The translations under genes and the position numbers were made by a program. Shown here piece by piece: positions 1-8,384 of a DNA stretch of 30,829 nt. The first letter of the stretch is position 1; each line of letters opens with the position of its first letter. The notes below the pieces were generated by a model. The model was not told the DNA's origin and searched no databases. It saw only the letters and a list, made by a program, of their open reading frames with translations. Origin of the DNA: Myxococcota bacterium (GTDB lineage: Bacteria; Myxococcota_A; UBA9160; UBA6930); assembly GCA_036257215.1 (NCBI GenBank), contig DATAGA010000195.1:1-30829 (forward strand). The letters are read 5' to 3'.

Positions 1-3
1 CGC

Positions 4-31
4 TAGCCTGCCGAGTCCCCGATCCGGAGGT
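4..31 (+). promoter_or_regulatory. Candidate -10 box (TAGCCT, 4-9) and Shine-Dalgarno (GGAGGT, 26-31) for the PEP-CTERM gene
   Basis: GGAGGT lies 7 nt before ATG at 39. The TANNNT hexamer is upstream; any -35 box would be outside the window. Confidence 0.5.
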
Positions 32-38
32 GTCCCGC

Positions 39-680
39 ATGCCGCTGCTCCACGCCCTCGCCGCGCTCGCTCTCGCTCTCTCCGCCGCTCCCGCGCTCGC
101 TGGCACCGAATCACAGGTCGTCTACGACACGTTCGACCTGAACGACGGCGACACGGACGCCATCATCGGCCAGTTCCAGGCGAACGACCTCCAGCTCGCC
201 TACCCGTTCGTCCCGCAGAAGGGAGTCCGGGCCCTGCTCGAGACGGTGACGCTCCGACTGCGCCACTCGCCCGACGCCGCGGTCATGAAGGGCGACTTCA
301 TCGTTCGGCTGCGCGAGGACGACGGCGGGGAGCCGGGCCCGGTGCTCGAGGAATGGACGTTCACGGACGTCCTCAACTCCGAGACCAACGTCGAGTTCGT
401 GTCTGTCGCGCAGCCGGTCATCGAAGGCGAGCAGACGTACTGGCTGAACGTCCTGATCGCGCCCGCCACCGGCCAGGGGCTCTGGATCTCGGCGCAGCCG
501 CGCACGCGTGACCTCTTGTTCGCCACGACCGGCGGGCTGGACCCGGTCTGGCAGGAGCCCCCGAACCCGTTCCTGATCGGCTTCGCGAGCGTGGTGGTGC
601 CCGAGCCGGCGCAGCTCTGCCTCGCCCTCGTCGGCGCGCTGGTGCTCGCGCCGTTCGGCCGCCGCCGGACCAGGGCCTGA
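39..680 (+). CDS. PEP-CTERM sorting-domain surface protein (213 aa); body resembles choice-of-anchor R-type domains
   Basis: N-terminal signal peptide (MPLLHALAALALALSAAPALA). C-terminal VPEP, hydrophobic helix, then RRR (VVVPEPAQLCLALVGALVLAPFGRRRTRA). The SD supports ATG 39 over the track's GTG 30. Confidence 0.85.
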   Translation: MPLLHALAALALALSAAPALAGTESQVVYDTFDLNDGDTDAIIGQFQANDLQLAYPFVPQKGVRALLETVTLRLRHSPDAAVMKGDFIVRLREDDGGEPGPVLEEWTFTDVLNSETNVEFVSVAQPVIEGEQTYWLNVLIAPATGQGLWISAQPRTRDLLFATTGGLDPVWQEPPNPFLIGFASVVVPEPAQLCLALVGALVLAPFGRRRTRA

Positions 681-2710
681 GCGCGCGCGGCGCGGAAGGC
701 GCCGCGGAGGTCGCGAGTCCGCCCGGCCCGCTCGCGCCGCTGCGCGCGCGAGCGGTTCCGGCCGCGGCCGTGCTGCTGGCGCTGCTCTTCGCGCTCGCAG
801 TCGGGCTGCGGCTCCACGGCTTCTCGATCTCGATCTGGCGCGACTGGACCGACGGCTCGCCCGCCCACGAGCTCGTCCTCGGACGCCCACAGCCCGCCCG
901 CATCGACGACTACGCGGTGATCCTGCCGCTCGCGCTGGCGCAGGAGCGCCACCAGCCGCCCTTTCCCGTCGTGAACACGAACGTCGGGCAGGGTCACAAC
1001 ATGCTGCTGCCGTTCTCGCTCCCGGTGTGGCACCCCGTCGCGCTCTTCAAGCCCGACACGTGGGGCTTCTTCCTCGGCGCCGACGTCGGGATGGCGTGGC
1101 GCTGGTGGTCCCGGGCGCTCGGGCTCGCGGGCGCCGCCTGGCTGCTCCTGCTCGTCGTGACCGGCGGCGACCGCGCGCTCTCCGCCGCCGGTGCGCTGTT
1201 CCTGCTCGGCTCGCCCTTCTACCAGTTCTGGGCTCTCCGGCCGGCTCCCGTTACGATCCACGCCGCGCTGCTCGTGCTCGGCGCCCTCGCCGTCGCGTTC
1301 GCGCGGCGGCGCGCGGCGATCGTCCTCGGCGGGCTCCTGCTGGGCTACGCGGCGGTCGGCTTCGCGCTCGTGCTGTATCCGCCCTTCCAGGTGCCGCTCG
1401 CGACGCTGGCGCTGCTCCTCTTCGGGGCGCTGGTCTTCGTCCACCGGGGACACCTCGACCTGCGCGCGTGGCTCGGCTGGCGCGTCGCGGCCGCGCTCCT
1501 CGCCGCGCTCGTGGTCGCGGCCGGGGCCGCGCTCTTCCTCGGCGCGGCGGGCGACGCCTTCGAGACGATGCGCCACACGGTCTACCCGGGGAACCGCGTG
1601 TCGGTGGGCGGGAACCGCCCGGTCGCGGCGCTCTTCGCGGCCGACGTCGGCGTGCCGCTCCTCACGGACCGCTACGGGCCGCTGCTCAACGTCTGCGAAG
1701 CGGCCGGGTTCTGGCTGCTGTCGCCCGCGCTCGTCGCCGCCGCGCTCGCGCGCGCCGCGGCCGAGCGGCGGCGCCCCGACGCGCTCGTCGTCGCGCTCGC
1801 GGCGGCGTGGCTCGCGCTCGTCGCCCACGCCGCGGTCGGCATCCCGGCGTGGCTCGCGCGCGCGAGCGGGTGGAGCTACGTGCCGGGTCACCGCTCGGTG
1901 ATCGCGCTCGGCGTCGCCGAGGTGCTGCTGCTCGCGCGGCTCCTCGCGCGCCCGCTTCCGGTGAGGGGAGCCACGCGGGCGGGGCTCGCCCTCGCGTGGG
2001 GCGCCGCGATCGCGGCGTGCGGCGCAGCGCTCTCGACGCTGCTCGGGGGATTGCCGGCTGGCGGCGTCGCCGCGTTCGCCGCGGCGAACGCGGCGCTGGT
2101 CTGGCTCGCGCTCGCGCCGCGCCGGCCCTGGCACGCGCTCGCGGCCGCGGCGGCCGCCTCGTGGCTCGTGGCCGGCTGGTTCAACCCGCTCGTGCGCGGC
2201 GGCGCCGACGCGGTGCAGGGAAACGAGCTGGCGCGCGCGGTGCAGGAAATCGACGCGGCGAGCGGCGGCGACACGGTCTGGGTCGCGTTCGGCAACCTCG
2301 GCCTCGGCAACCTCTTTCGCGCCGTCGGCGTCCGTTCCGTGAACGGAGTCCAGCCCGTGCCGCAGCTCGAGCTCTGGCGCACGATCGACCCGGACGGCAG
2401 CGAGGAGGAGGCGTACAACCGCTACGCCCACGTCCTCTTCGGCGCGTCCGCCGACCCGGAGCCGCGCTTCGAGCACACGGCGCCGGACGCCTTCCGCATC
2501 TACGTCGACCCCACGTCGCCGGCGATGCAGAAGCTCGGCGTCACGCACCTCGTGATCGGCGCGCCGCAGGCGCGCCGGCTGGCCGAACGCGGCGGCGCGG
2601 TGTGGGTGCGCTCCGCGGGGCCCTATCACATCCTGCGCGAGCCCTGGGTCCCCGCCCCGCCGGGCGGCGCGGCGGCGGCCGCCGCACCCGCGCGCGAGCC
2701 CGCGCCGTGA
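677..2710 (+). CDS. Polytopic membrane protein, putative GT-C glycosyltransferase; start at CTG 677 or GTG 770
   Basis: Many hydrophobic helices, an acidic RIDDY motif in the first extracytoplasmic loop, TVYPGNR motif, soluble C-terminal domain. The frame is open from CTG 677, which overlaps the upstream TGA. Confidence 0.7.
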   Translation: MSARGAEGAAEVASPPGPLAPLRARAVPAAAVLLALLFALAVGLRLHGFSISIWRDWTDGSPAHELVLGRPQPARIDDYAVILPLALAQERHQPPFPVVNTNVGQGHNMLLPFSLPVWHPVALFKPDTWGFFLGADVGMAWRWWSRALGLAGAAWLLLLVVTGGDRALSAAGALFLLGSPFYQFWALRPAPVTIHAALLVLGALAVAFARRRAAIVLGGLLLGYAAVGFALVLYPPFQVPLATLALLLFGALVFVHRGHLDLRAWLGWRVAAALLAALVVAAGAALFLGAAGDAFETMRHTVYPGNRVSVGGNRPVAALFAADVGVPLLTDRYGPLLNVCEAAGFWLLSPALVAAALARAAAERRRPDALVVALAAAWLALVAHAAVGIPAWLARASGWSYVPGHRSVIALGVAEVLLLARLLARPLPVRGATRAGLALAWGAAIAACGAALSTLLGGLPAGGVAAFAAANAALVWLALAPRRPWHALAAAAAASWLVAGWFNPLVRGGADAVQGNELARAVQEIDAASGGDTVWVAFGNLGLGNLFRAVGVRSVNGVQPVPQLELWRTIDPDGSEEEAYNRYAHVLFGASADPEPRFEHTAPDAFRIYVDPTSPAMQKLGVTHLVIGAPQARRLAERGGAVWVRSAGPYHILREPWVPAPPGGAAAAAAPAREPAP

Positions 2711-4086
2711 GCGCCGGGCCCTTTGCGCGTCCGCTGGCGCTCGCGCTGCTCGCGCTCGCGCTCGGGGCCTGCAGACGGCACGAGCCGCAGGCGGACGTCG
2801 TGCTCCTCACCGTCGACACGCTGCGCGCCGACCGGCTCGGGCTCTACGGCTCCGGCCGCGGGCTCACGCCCGAGCTCGACCGCTGGTTCGCCGACGGGCT
2901 CGTCCACGAGCGCGCGTGGGCGTCGTCGGCGTCCACGTCGCCGAGCATCGTGACGCTGCTCTCCGGGCTCTACCCCGGTGAGCACGGCGTTCGGCTCCTC
3001 TACGAGCGGGTGCCCGCAGACGTACGGCTGCTGACGGACCACCTGCCCGACGCCTACCAGACGGCGGCCTTCGTCTCGAACGTCGTGCTCAGCGATCCGG
3101 CGCTCGGCATCGCGGACCGCTTCGACCACTACGACGACACCGTCGACGAGCGCGAGTCCGGCCGCGAGGTGTACGAGCGCCGCGCGTCGCGCACGACGGA
3201 CGCCGCGCTCGCGTGGGTCGAGAGCCGGGCGGAGCGCGACCGGCCGCTCTTCCTCTGGCTCCACTACATCGACCCGCACGGCCCCTATCGCGCGCCCGAC
3301 CCGTGGGCGGGCCGGCTGAGCCACCGCGGCAGCGTGCCGGTCCAGGGCGACCGGATCCTCGCGTACATGCGCCTCCCCGGCGTCGCGGACGCGCTCGAGT
3401 ACGTCGACCGCTACGACGAGGAGGTCGCCTACGTCGACGCCGAGATCGGCCGCCTGCTGCGCGCGCTCGAGGAGTCGCGCGGGCTCGAGCGCACCCTCGT
3501 CGCGTTCACCGCCGACCACGGCGAGACGCTGACGGAGCGGCGGCTGTGGTTCCGCCACGGCTGGCACGTGTACGAGGAGCTCGTGCGCGTGCCCCTCCTC
3601 CTGCGCGGCCCGGGCGTCGACAAGGGGCGCAGCGCCGCACCCGTCTCGGGCGTGGACGTCGCGCCTACGCTGCTGCGACACGCCGGCGTGACGCCGCCGC
3701 CCGGCTGGAGCGCGGTCGACCTGCGCCGGGCCGATGCCGCGCCGCCGCAGCGCGCGGTCTTCAGCGAGGCCACGCTCGCCGACGGCCGCTGGCTCGCGGC
3801 GCGGCGCGGCGGCGCGAAGGCGATGCTGCAGGTCGCGCCCGAGCGCCGCCTCGGCGCGAGCGTCGCCGTCGACCTCGCGCGCGACCCCGGCGAGGAGCCG
3901 CTCCGGCTCGCGGCCCCCGGCGACCCGCTCGTCGCCGAGCTCGCCGCGCGCGCCGCGCACGAGCCGCCGCTCGTCGCGGACGCCGCCGGCGCGCGCGACG
4001 GCCCGCGCCCGACGGGCGCGGACGTCGACCCGCGCGTGCGCGGCGAGGCGCTCGAGCAGCTGCGCCAGCTCGGCTACGTCGAGTAG
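2707..4086 (+). CDS. Sulfatase-fold (alkaline phosphatase superfamily) lipoprotein, 459 aa, with Thr at the formylglycine position
   Basis: GTGA overlap with the upstream stop; lipobox LGAC; VDTLRAD; STSPSIVTLLSG; HYIDPHGPY; TADHGE; C-terminal LRQLGYVE. This is the C-terminal part of track ORF 1027..4086. Confidence 0.85.
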   Translation: MSAGPFARPLALALLALALGACRRHEPQADVVLLTVDTLRADRLGLYGSGRGLTPELDRWFADGLVHERAWASSASTSPSIVTLLSGLYPGEHGVRLLYERVPADVRLLTDHLPDAYQTAAFVSNVVLSDPALGIADRFDHYDDTVDERESGREVYERRASRTTDAALAWVESRAERDRPLFLWLHYIDPHGPYRAPDPWAGRLSHRGSVPVQGDRILAYMRLPGVADALEYVDRYDEEVAYVDAEIGRLLRALEESRGLERTLVAFTADHGETLTERRLWFRHGWHVYEELVRVPLLLRGPGVDKGRSAAPVSGVDVAPTLLRHAGVTPPPGWSAVDLRRADAAPPQRAVFSEATLADGRWLAARRGGAKAMLQVAPERRLGASVAVDLARDPGEEPLRLAAPGDPLVAELAARAAHEPPLVADAAGARDGPRPTGADVDPRVRGEALEQLRQLGYVE

Positions 4087-4101
4087 CCCGCCCGGCGCCC
4101 C

Positions 4102-5952
4102 TCAACCCGGCGGCGCAGCGTCCGTCGTCGCGGGTGGCGCGCCGGGGAGCGCCGTCGGCGCGGCGGTCCGCGCCGCCTCCGCGGGCCAGCTCACGCGGAA
4201 CACGCGCGCGTCGCGATAGCGCGGGCCGCGCGCGCCGAGGCGCGGCGGCGCGAACGGATGACCCAGCCCGGGGAAGCGATGCCAGAAGAGCTCCGGGCGG
4301 TTCTCCCACAGCGTCTCGGGCAGCTCGGCCACGAGCTCGAGCCGGGCCCCGCGCGCCGCGAGCCGGGCCCGCAGCGCCTCGAGCGGCTGGCCGAGCAGGA
4401 GGAACGGGTAGCCGAGGAAGGCCTCGTTGCCGCCGCGCCAGACGATCCAGTCGGCGTCGTCGACGTCGAAGACGTAGCGCGGCAGCTCCCGTCTGCGCGC
4501 GTGGGCGTAGACCGGCGCGGAGGGATCGATGCGCATGCCCAGCCCGAGGTCGCTGTAGTAGTAGAGGCCGTCCCAGCCGAAGTTCGTGAGCACGACGTCG
4601 TCCCGCGCGGCGCGCTCGCGCAGGAGACCGACGAGCGGATGCAGCGTTCCCGCGTCCGGCGCGCCGAGACCCCGCACGAAAGCCCACCACGGCACGTTGA
4701 AGAGCTTGGCGCCGAGGTCCCGCGGCACGGAGACGGCCACGCCTGCGAGCCGCCGGCTGTGACCGAGCGCGAGCCAGGGCAGGGCGCTCCCCGCCAGCTG
4801 CGTCGCGGCGAAGAGCGCGAGCACGGCTGCGTACGCCGCCGCACTCCTTCCGCTCGCGCGGGCGACGAGGACGCCGCTCACGGCGGCCGCGACCGGCAGC
4901 ATGCCGCACACGTAGCGGAGGCCCACGACCTCGAGCAGCGACGCGGACAGCGCGAGCGGCGCGAGCGCGGCGCAGGCGACGAGCCAGGCGGCGCAGAGCG
5001 CGAGCAGCGTGCGGTCGCCCGGCCCCAGGCGCCGCCGGACGAGCGGGAGCCCGATCGCCCAGCCGAGCGCGGGCACCGCGACGCTCGCCTCGGCGGCGAG
5101 CTGTCCGATCCGGCGCGGCCACTCCGCCGCGCTCCCGAGCGGCTCCCAGTTGACGCGCGTGCCCGACCAGGCGAGCAGCAGCCACGCCAGGGTCAGCGCC
5201 GCGACGAACGGGGCGCGCGCCAGGAGCGCGGGAAGCCGCGGGCGGAAGGCCGGGTGGAGCAGCGCCAGCCCGGCGCACGCGGCGAGCGCGACGGCGACGG
5301 GGAGGACCTGCACGTAGAAGAGGAGCACCGCGGCGACGGCGAGCCAGGGATCGCGCCGGCGTTCGCCGAGGCGCAGGAACCCGGCCAGGAGCACGACGGT
5401 CAGCAGCATGTTGGGGGCGTAGCTGCGCGCCTCGCGTCCGAACAGCAGGAACTGCGCGGAGGCGAGCAGCAGCAGCCCGGCGGCGAACGCCGCGCGGGCC
5501 GACCCGGTCGTGCGCAGGACGAGGCCGTAGAGCGCGGCCACCGTCGCGAGGGCCACGAGCGCAAAGGGAAGCCGCGCGGCCCACTCCGACTCGCCGAAAA
5601 GGGCGAAGCTCGCGGCCGCCACGTAGTAGGGAAGCCAGGGCGTCCCGACGAGCACGAAGTCGTGCCCGAGCGCGTGCGGCGCGACGCGCATGCCGTCGTC
5701 GCTGTCGACGAAGCTGCGCCCGTCCCACGCGGTCGGCAGCCCGTCGCGCACGATGGCCCGCGCGAACAGCGCGGTGTCGGCCTCGTCCTCCCACAGCCAG
5801 GGCCCGCCCAGGTCGGTGAACAGCAGCGCCGCCGCCGCGGCGAGCAGCACGAGGAGCGGAGCCAGCCGGCGAGCGCGATCGCCCGCAAGACCCACGGCGC
5901 CGCGCGCGTCCGGCGTTCGCGCGCCTGCGCCGCGCTGCGGATCCGAAGTCAC
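4102..5952 (-). CDS. ArnT/PMT-like GT-C glycosyltransferase, 616 aa
   Basis: LWEDEADTALFAR loop after TM1, GTPWLPYY, ARLPFAL, QFLLFGREARSYAPN, multiple TM helices and a soluble C-terminal domain. Confidence 0.85.
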   Translation of the reverse strand: MTSDPQRGAGARTPDARGAVGLAGDRARRLAPLLVLLAAAAALLFTDLGGPWLWEDEADTALFARAIVRDGLPTAWDGRSFVDSDDGMRVAPHALGHDFVLVGTPWLPYYVAAASFALFGESEWAARLPFALVALATVAALYGLVLRTTGSARAAFAAGLLLLASAQFLLFGREARSYAPNMLLTVVLLAGFLRLGERRRDPWLAVAAVLLFYVQVLPVAVALAACAGLALLHPAFRPRLPALLARAPFVAALTLAWLLLAWSGTRVNWEPLGSAAEWPRRIGQLAAEASVAVPALGWAIGLPLVRRRLGPGDRTLLALCAAWLVACAALAPLALSASLLEVVGLRYVCGMLPVAAAVSGVLVARASGRSAAAYAAVLALFAATQLAGSALPWLALGHSRRLAGVAVSVPRDLGAKLFNVPWWAFVRGLGAPDAGTLHPLVGLLRERAARDDVVLTNFGWDGLYYYSDLGLGMRIDPSAPVYAHARRRELPRYVFDVDDADWIVWRGGNEAFLGYPFLLLGQPLEALRARLAARGARLELVAELPETLWENRPELFWHRFPGLGHPFAPPRLGARGPRYRDARVFRVSWPAEAARTAAPTALPGAPPATTDAAPPG

Positions 5953-5960
5953 CGGGCGGC

Positions 5961-5989
5961 ACGCTATGCGAGGCCCCCCTCCGTCGCAA
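5961..5989 (-). promoter_or_regulatory. Sigma70-type promoter TTGCGA-N17-TAGCGT, 8 nt before GTG 5952
   Basis: Both boxes are read directly from the minus strand, with an exact 17-nt spacer. Confidence 0.65.
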
Positions 5990-6035
5990 CGAAGCGAGCG
6001 TCGAGTCGTGGGCCCTCCTGTGGTAAGGATCCCGC

Positions 6036-8384
6036 GTGCGTTCGAGGCCCGCGGACGTCGCCAGCGCGCTCGCCGGCTTCCTGCTCGCGGCGGTCCTGCT
6101 GGCGCCCTCGCTCTCGGGCCGCGCCGCGTTCCTTCCGGCCGACATCTGGATGCGGGCGGTCCCGTGGGCGTTCTCCGCGCCGCGCGAAGCGGCGCGCTTT
6201 CCCTCCAATCCGTACCTCTCCGACGAAGCGCTGCTCTACGCGCCGCAGCTCGCGTTCGTCCGCGAGAGCCTGCGCGCCGGAAGCTTTCCGCTCTGGAACC
6301 CGCGCTTTCGCTGCGGCGAGCCGCTGCTCGCGACGGCGGTGTCGAGCCCGCTCGCGCCGACGCAGTGGCCGGTGCTGCTGCTGCCGTGGCCCGACGGCTT
6401 CGCCTGGTCCGCGCTCGTGCGCTTCGGCCTCATGTGGGCGGGCGCGTACCTGCTGGGCCGGGAGCTCGGGCTCGCGCGCTCACTGGCGCTCGGGCTCGCG
6501 GTCTCGTTCACGTGGCTCCCGGCCTTCCTGCTGCACTTCCAGCAGCCACACGCGACCGTCGCCGTGTGGTGGCCGTGGATGATGCTGGCGATCGAGCGCT
6601 TCGCCCGCGCCGCGCGCGGCGACGCGCGGGCGCTGGTGCGCGCTGCGCTTCCCGTCGCGGCGGTCGAGCTCGCGGTGCTCGCCGCGACGCACGCGCAGGC
6701 AGCCTTCAACTTCGGCGTCGCGTCCGCTCTGTACCTGCTCCTCCGGCTCCCGCTGCGCCCGTGGCAGCTCGGCCTGCGGGCGCGCGCGCTGGGCGCGGGC
6801 GCGATGGGGCTGGGCCTCCTCGCCGGCGCGCCGCTCGTCGTGCCGTTCGCGGAGCACCTGCGCGAGTCCTCGACCGTCGTCGAGCGCAGCGCGATGGGGA
6901 CGGAGTGGATGCCGTCGCCGCGCGCGGCGGAGACGCTCTGGGACCCCCTCGCGCTCGGCGACGCGAGGCTCGGCAGCGTCTGGCGCGGCGCGCTCAACTT
7001 CGAGGAGGAGCAGCAGTACCTGGGCCTCCTGCCGTGGGTCTTCCTCGCCGGCGGCGCGCTCTCTCTCGCGCGCGGCGCGCGGCGCGAGGCCGGTCTCTTC
7101 GCGGCACTCCTCGGTGTCGGCCTCGTGTGCGGCTCGCTGGCGTACGGCTGGCCGCCTCTGCACGACTGGTTGGCGTCGCAGCCGCCCTTCTCGTGGAACC
7201 GCAACCCGCGCTTCCGCCTCTTCGTCGAGTGCAGCGCGCTCGTGCTCGCGTTCCTCGCGGCCCGCAATTGGCGGGGCTCGCTCGCGGCGCGCAGCCCGCG
7301 CCACGCGGCGCTCGCGCTGACTCTGCTCGCCGCCGCACTCGCGGCTGCGCTCCTCGGACTGGGCCTCGCGAGCCGTTTCGGGCCGCGCCCGCTGGTCGCG
7401 CTCGCGGCCGCGTGCGCGCTCTGGTTCGCCGGCGCGTTCGCCGCCGGCGCGCGCGAGCGCCGCCTCGTCGGCGCCCTGGTTCCGGCGCTGCTCCTCGCGG
7501 ACCTCGCGCCGGTCTACGCGGGCTACCACCCGCAGCCGCCGCGATCGTGGGCGGAGCTGGACCGCGCGGTGGCGGAGCTTCCGGCCGCGCTCCGCGAGGC
7601 GCGCCCGCTGCGGCTCGCGGCGCAGGACTTCTCGCCGCCCAACCTGCCCGCGCTGCTCGGCGCGGTCGACCCGACGGCGTACTCGCTGCCGGTGGCGGCG
7701 CGCAGCGACCTCTTCCAACGCCGGCTGCTCGGCCTCTCCGACCCCGATCGGCTGACGCGCGCCGACCTCGTCCGGCCCGACGTCGTGCGCGCGCTCGAGA
7801 CGACGTGCGCGGACTACCTGTGGACCAACGTCCCGCAGCAGGGCGGAGCGGCCGACGGGCTCGCACTGCTCGACGAGCGGCGCGGCCTGCGGCTCTACCA
7901 CCTCCGCGACGCGGCGCCCTGGGCGGCGTGGCACGCGAGCGCCGAGGTCGCGAGCGCGCCCGGCCTCGACGCCGCACTCGCGCGCCTCGTCGCGGCGCGA
8001 GGCGTGCGGCCCGAGCCGATCGTCGTCGAGGACGGCGCCGCGCGCGAGCCGGCGGCGACGGTACGCCCCGGCGAGCGAGCCGCCGCGATGCAGCGCTCGC
8101 CGCAGCGGATCGACGTGGAGCTGCCCGCGGCCGCCGCGTCCGGCGACGGCTGGCTGGTCGTGCGTACGAGCTTCGACCGCGGCTGGCGGGCGGAGTCGCG
8201 CGACGGCCGCGCGCTGCGCGTCGTGCCGGCGCAGCTGCGCTTCCTCGGCGTCGAAGTCCCGGCGGCGACGGAGGGGGTCGTGCTCCGCTACGCACCGCCG
8301 CACTTCGCGGCCGCGTGCGCGGCGTCGGCGGGCGCGCTCCTCCTCGCGGGGGCGGCCTTCGCGTGGACCCGGCGCCGCGCGTGA
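6036..8384 (+). CDS. YfhO-family GT-C membrane protein, 782 aa
   Basis: LSDEALLYAP...GSFPLWNPRFRCGEPLLA N-terminal signature and YfhO-like C-terminus (SFDRGWRA...LGVEVPA...VVLRYAP). TAAGGA lies 6 nt upstream. Confidence 0.8.
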   Translation: MRSRPADVASALAGFLLAAVLLAPSLSGRAAFLPADIWMRAVPWAFSAPREAARFPSNPYLSDEALLYAPQLAFVRESLRAGSFPLWNPRFRCGEPLLATAVSSPLAPTQWPVLLLPWPDGFAWSALVRFGLMWAGAYLLGRELGLARSLALGLAVSFTWLPAFLLHFQQPHATVAVWWPWMMLAIERFARAARGDARALVRAALPVAAVELAVLAATHAQAAFNFGVASALYLLLRLPLRPWQLGLRARALGAGAMGLGLLAGAPLVVPFAEHLRESSTVVERSAMGTEWMPSPRAAETLWDPLALGDARLGSVWRGALNFEEEQQYLGLLPWVFLAGGALSLARGARREAGLFAALLGVGLVCGSLAYGWPPLHDWLASQPPFSWNRNPRFRLFVECSALVLAFLAARNWRGSLAARSPRHAALALTLLAAALAAALLGLGLASRFGPRPLVALAAACALWFAGAFAAGARERRLVGALVPALLLADLAPVYAGYHPQPPRSWAELDRAVAELPAALREARPLRLAAQDFSPPNLPALLGAVDPTAYSLPVAARSDLFQRRLLGLSDPDRLTRADLVRPDVVRALETTCADYLWTNVPQQGGAADGLALLDERRGLRLYHLRDAAPWAAWHASAEVASAPGLDAALARLVAARGVRPEPIVVEDGAAREPAATVRPGERAAAMQRSPQRIDVELPAAAASGDGWLVVRTSFDRGWRAESRDGRALRVVPAQLRFLGVEVPAATEGVVLRYAPPHFAAACAASAGALLLAGAAFAWTRRRA

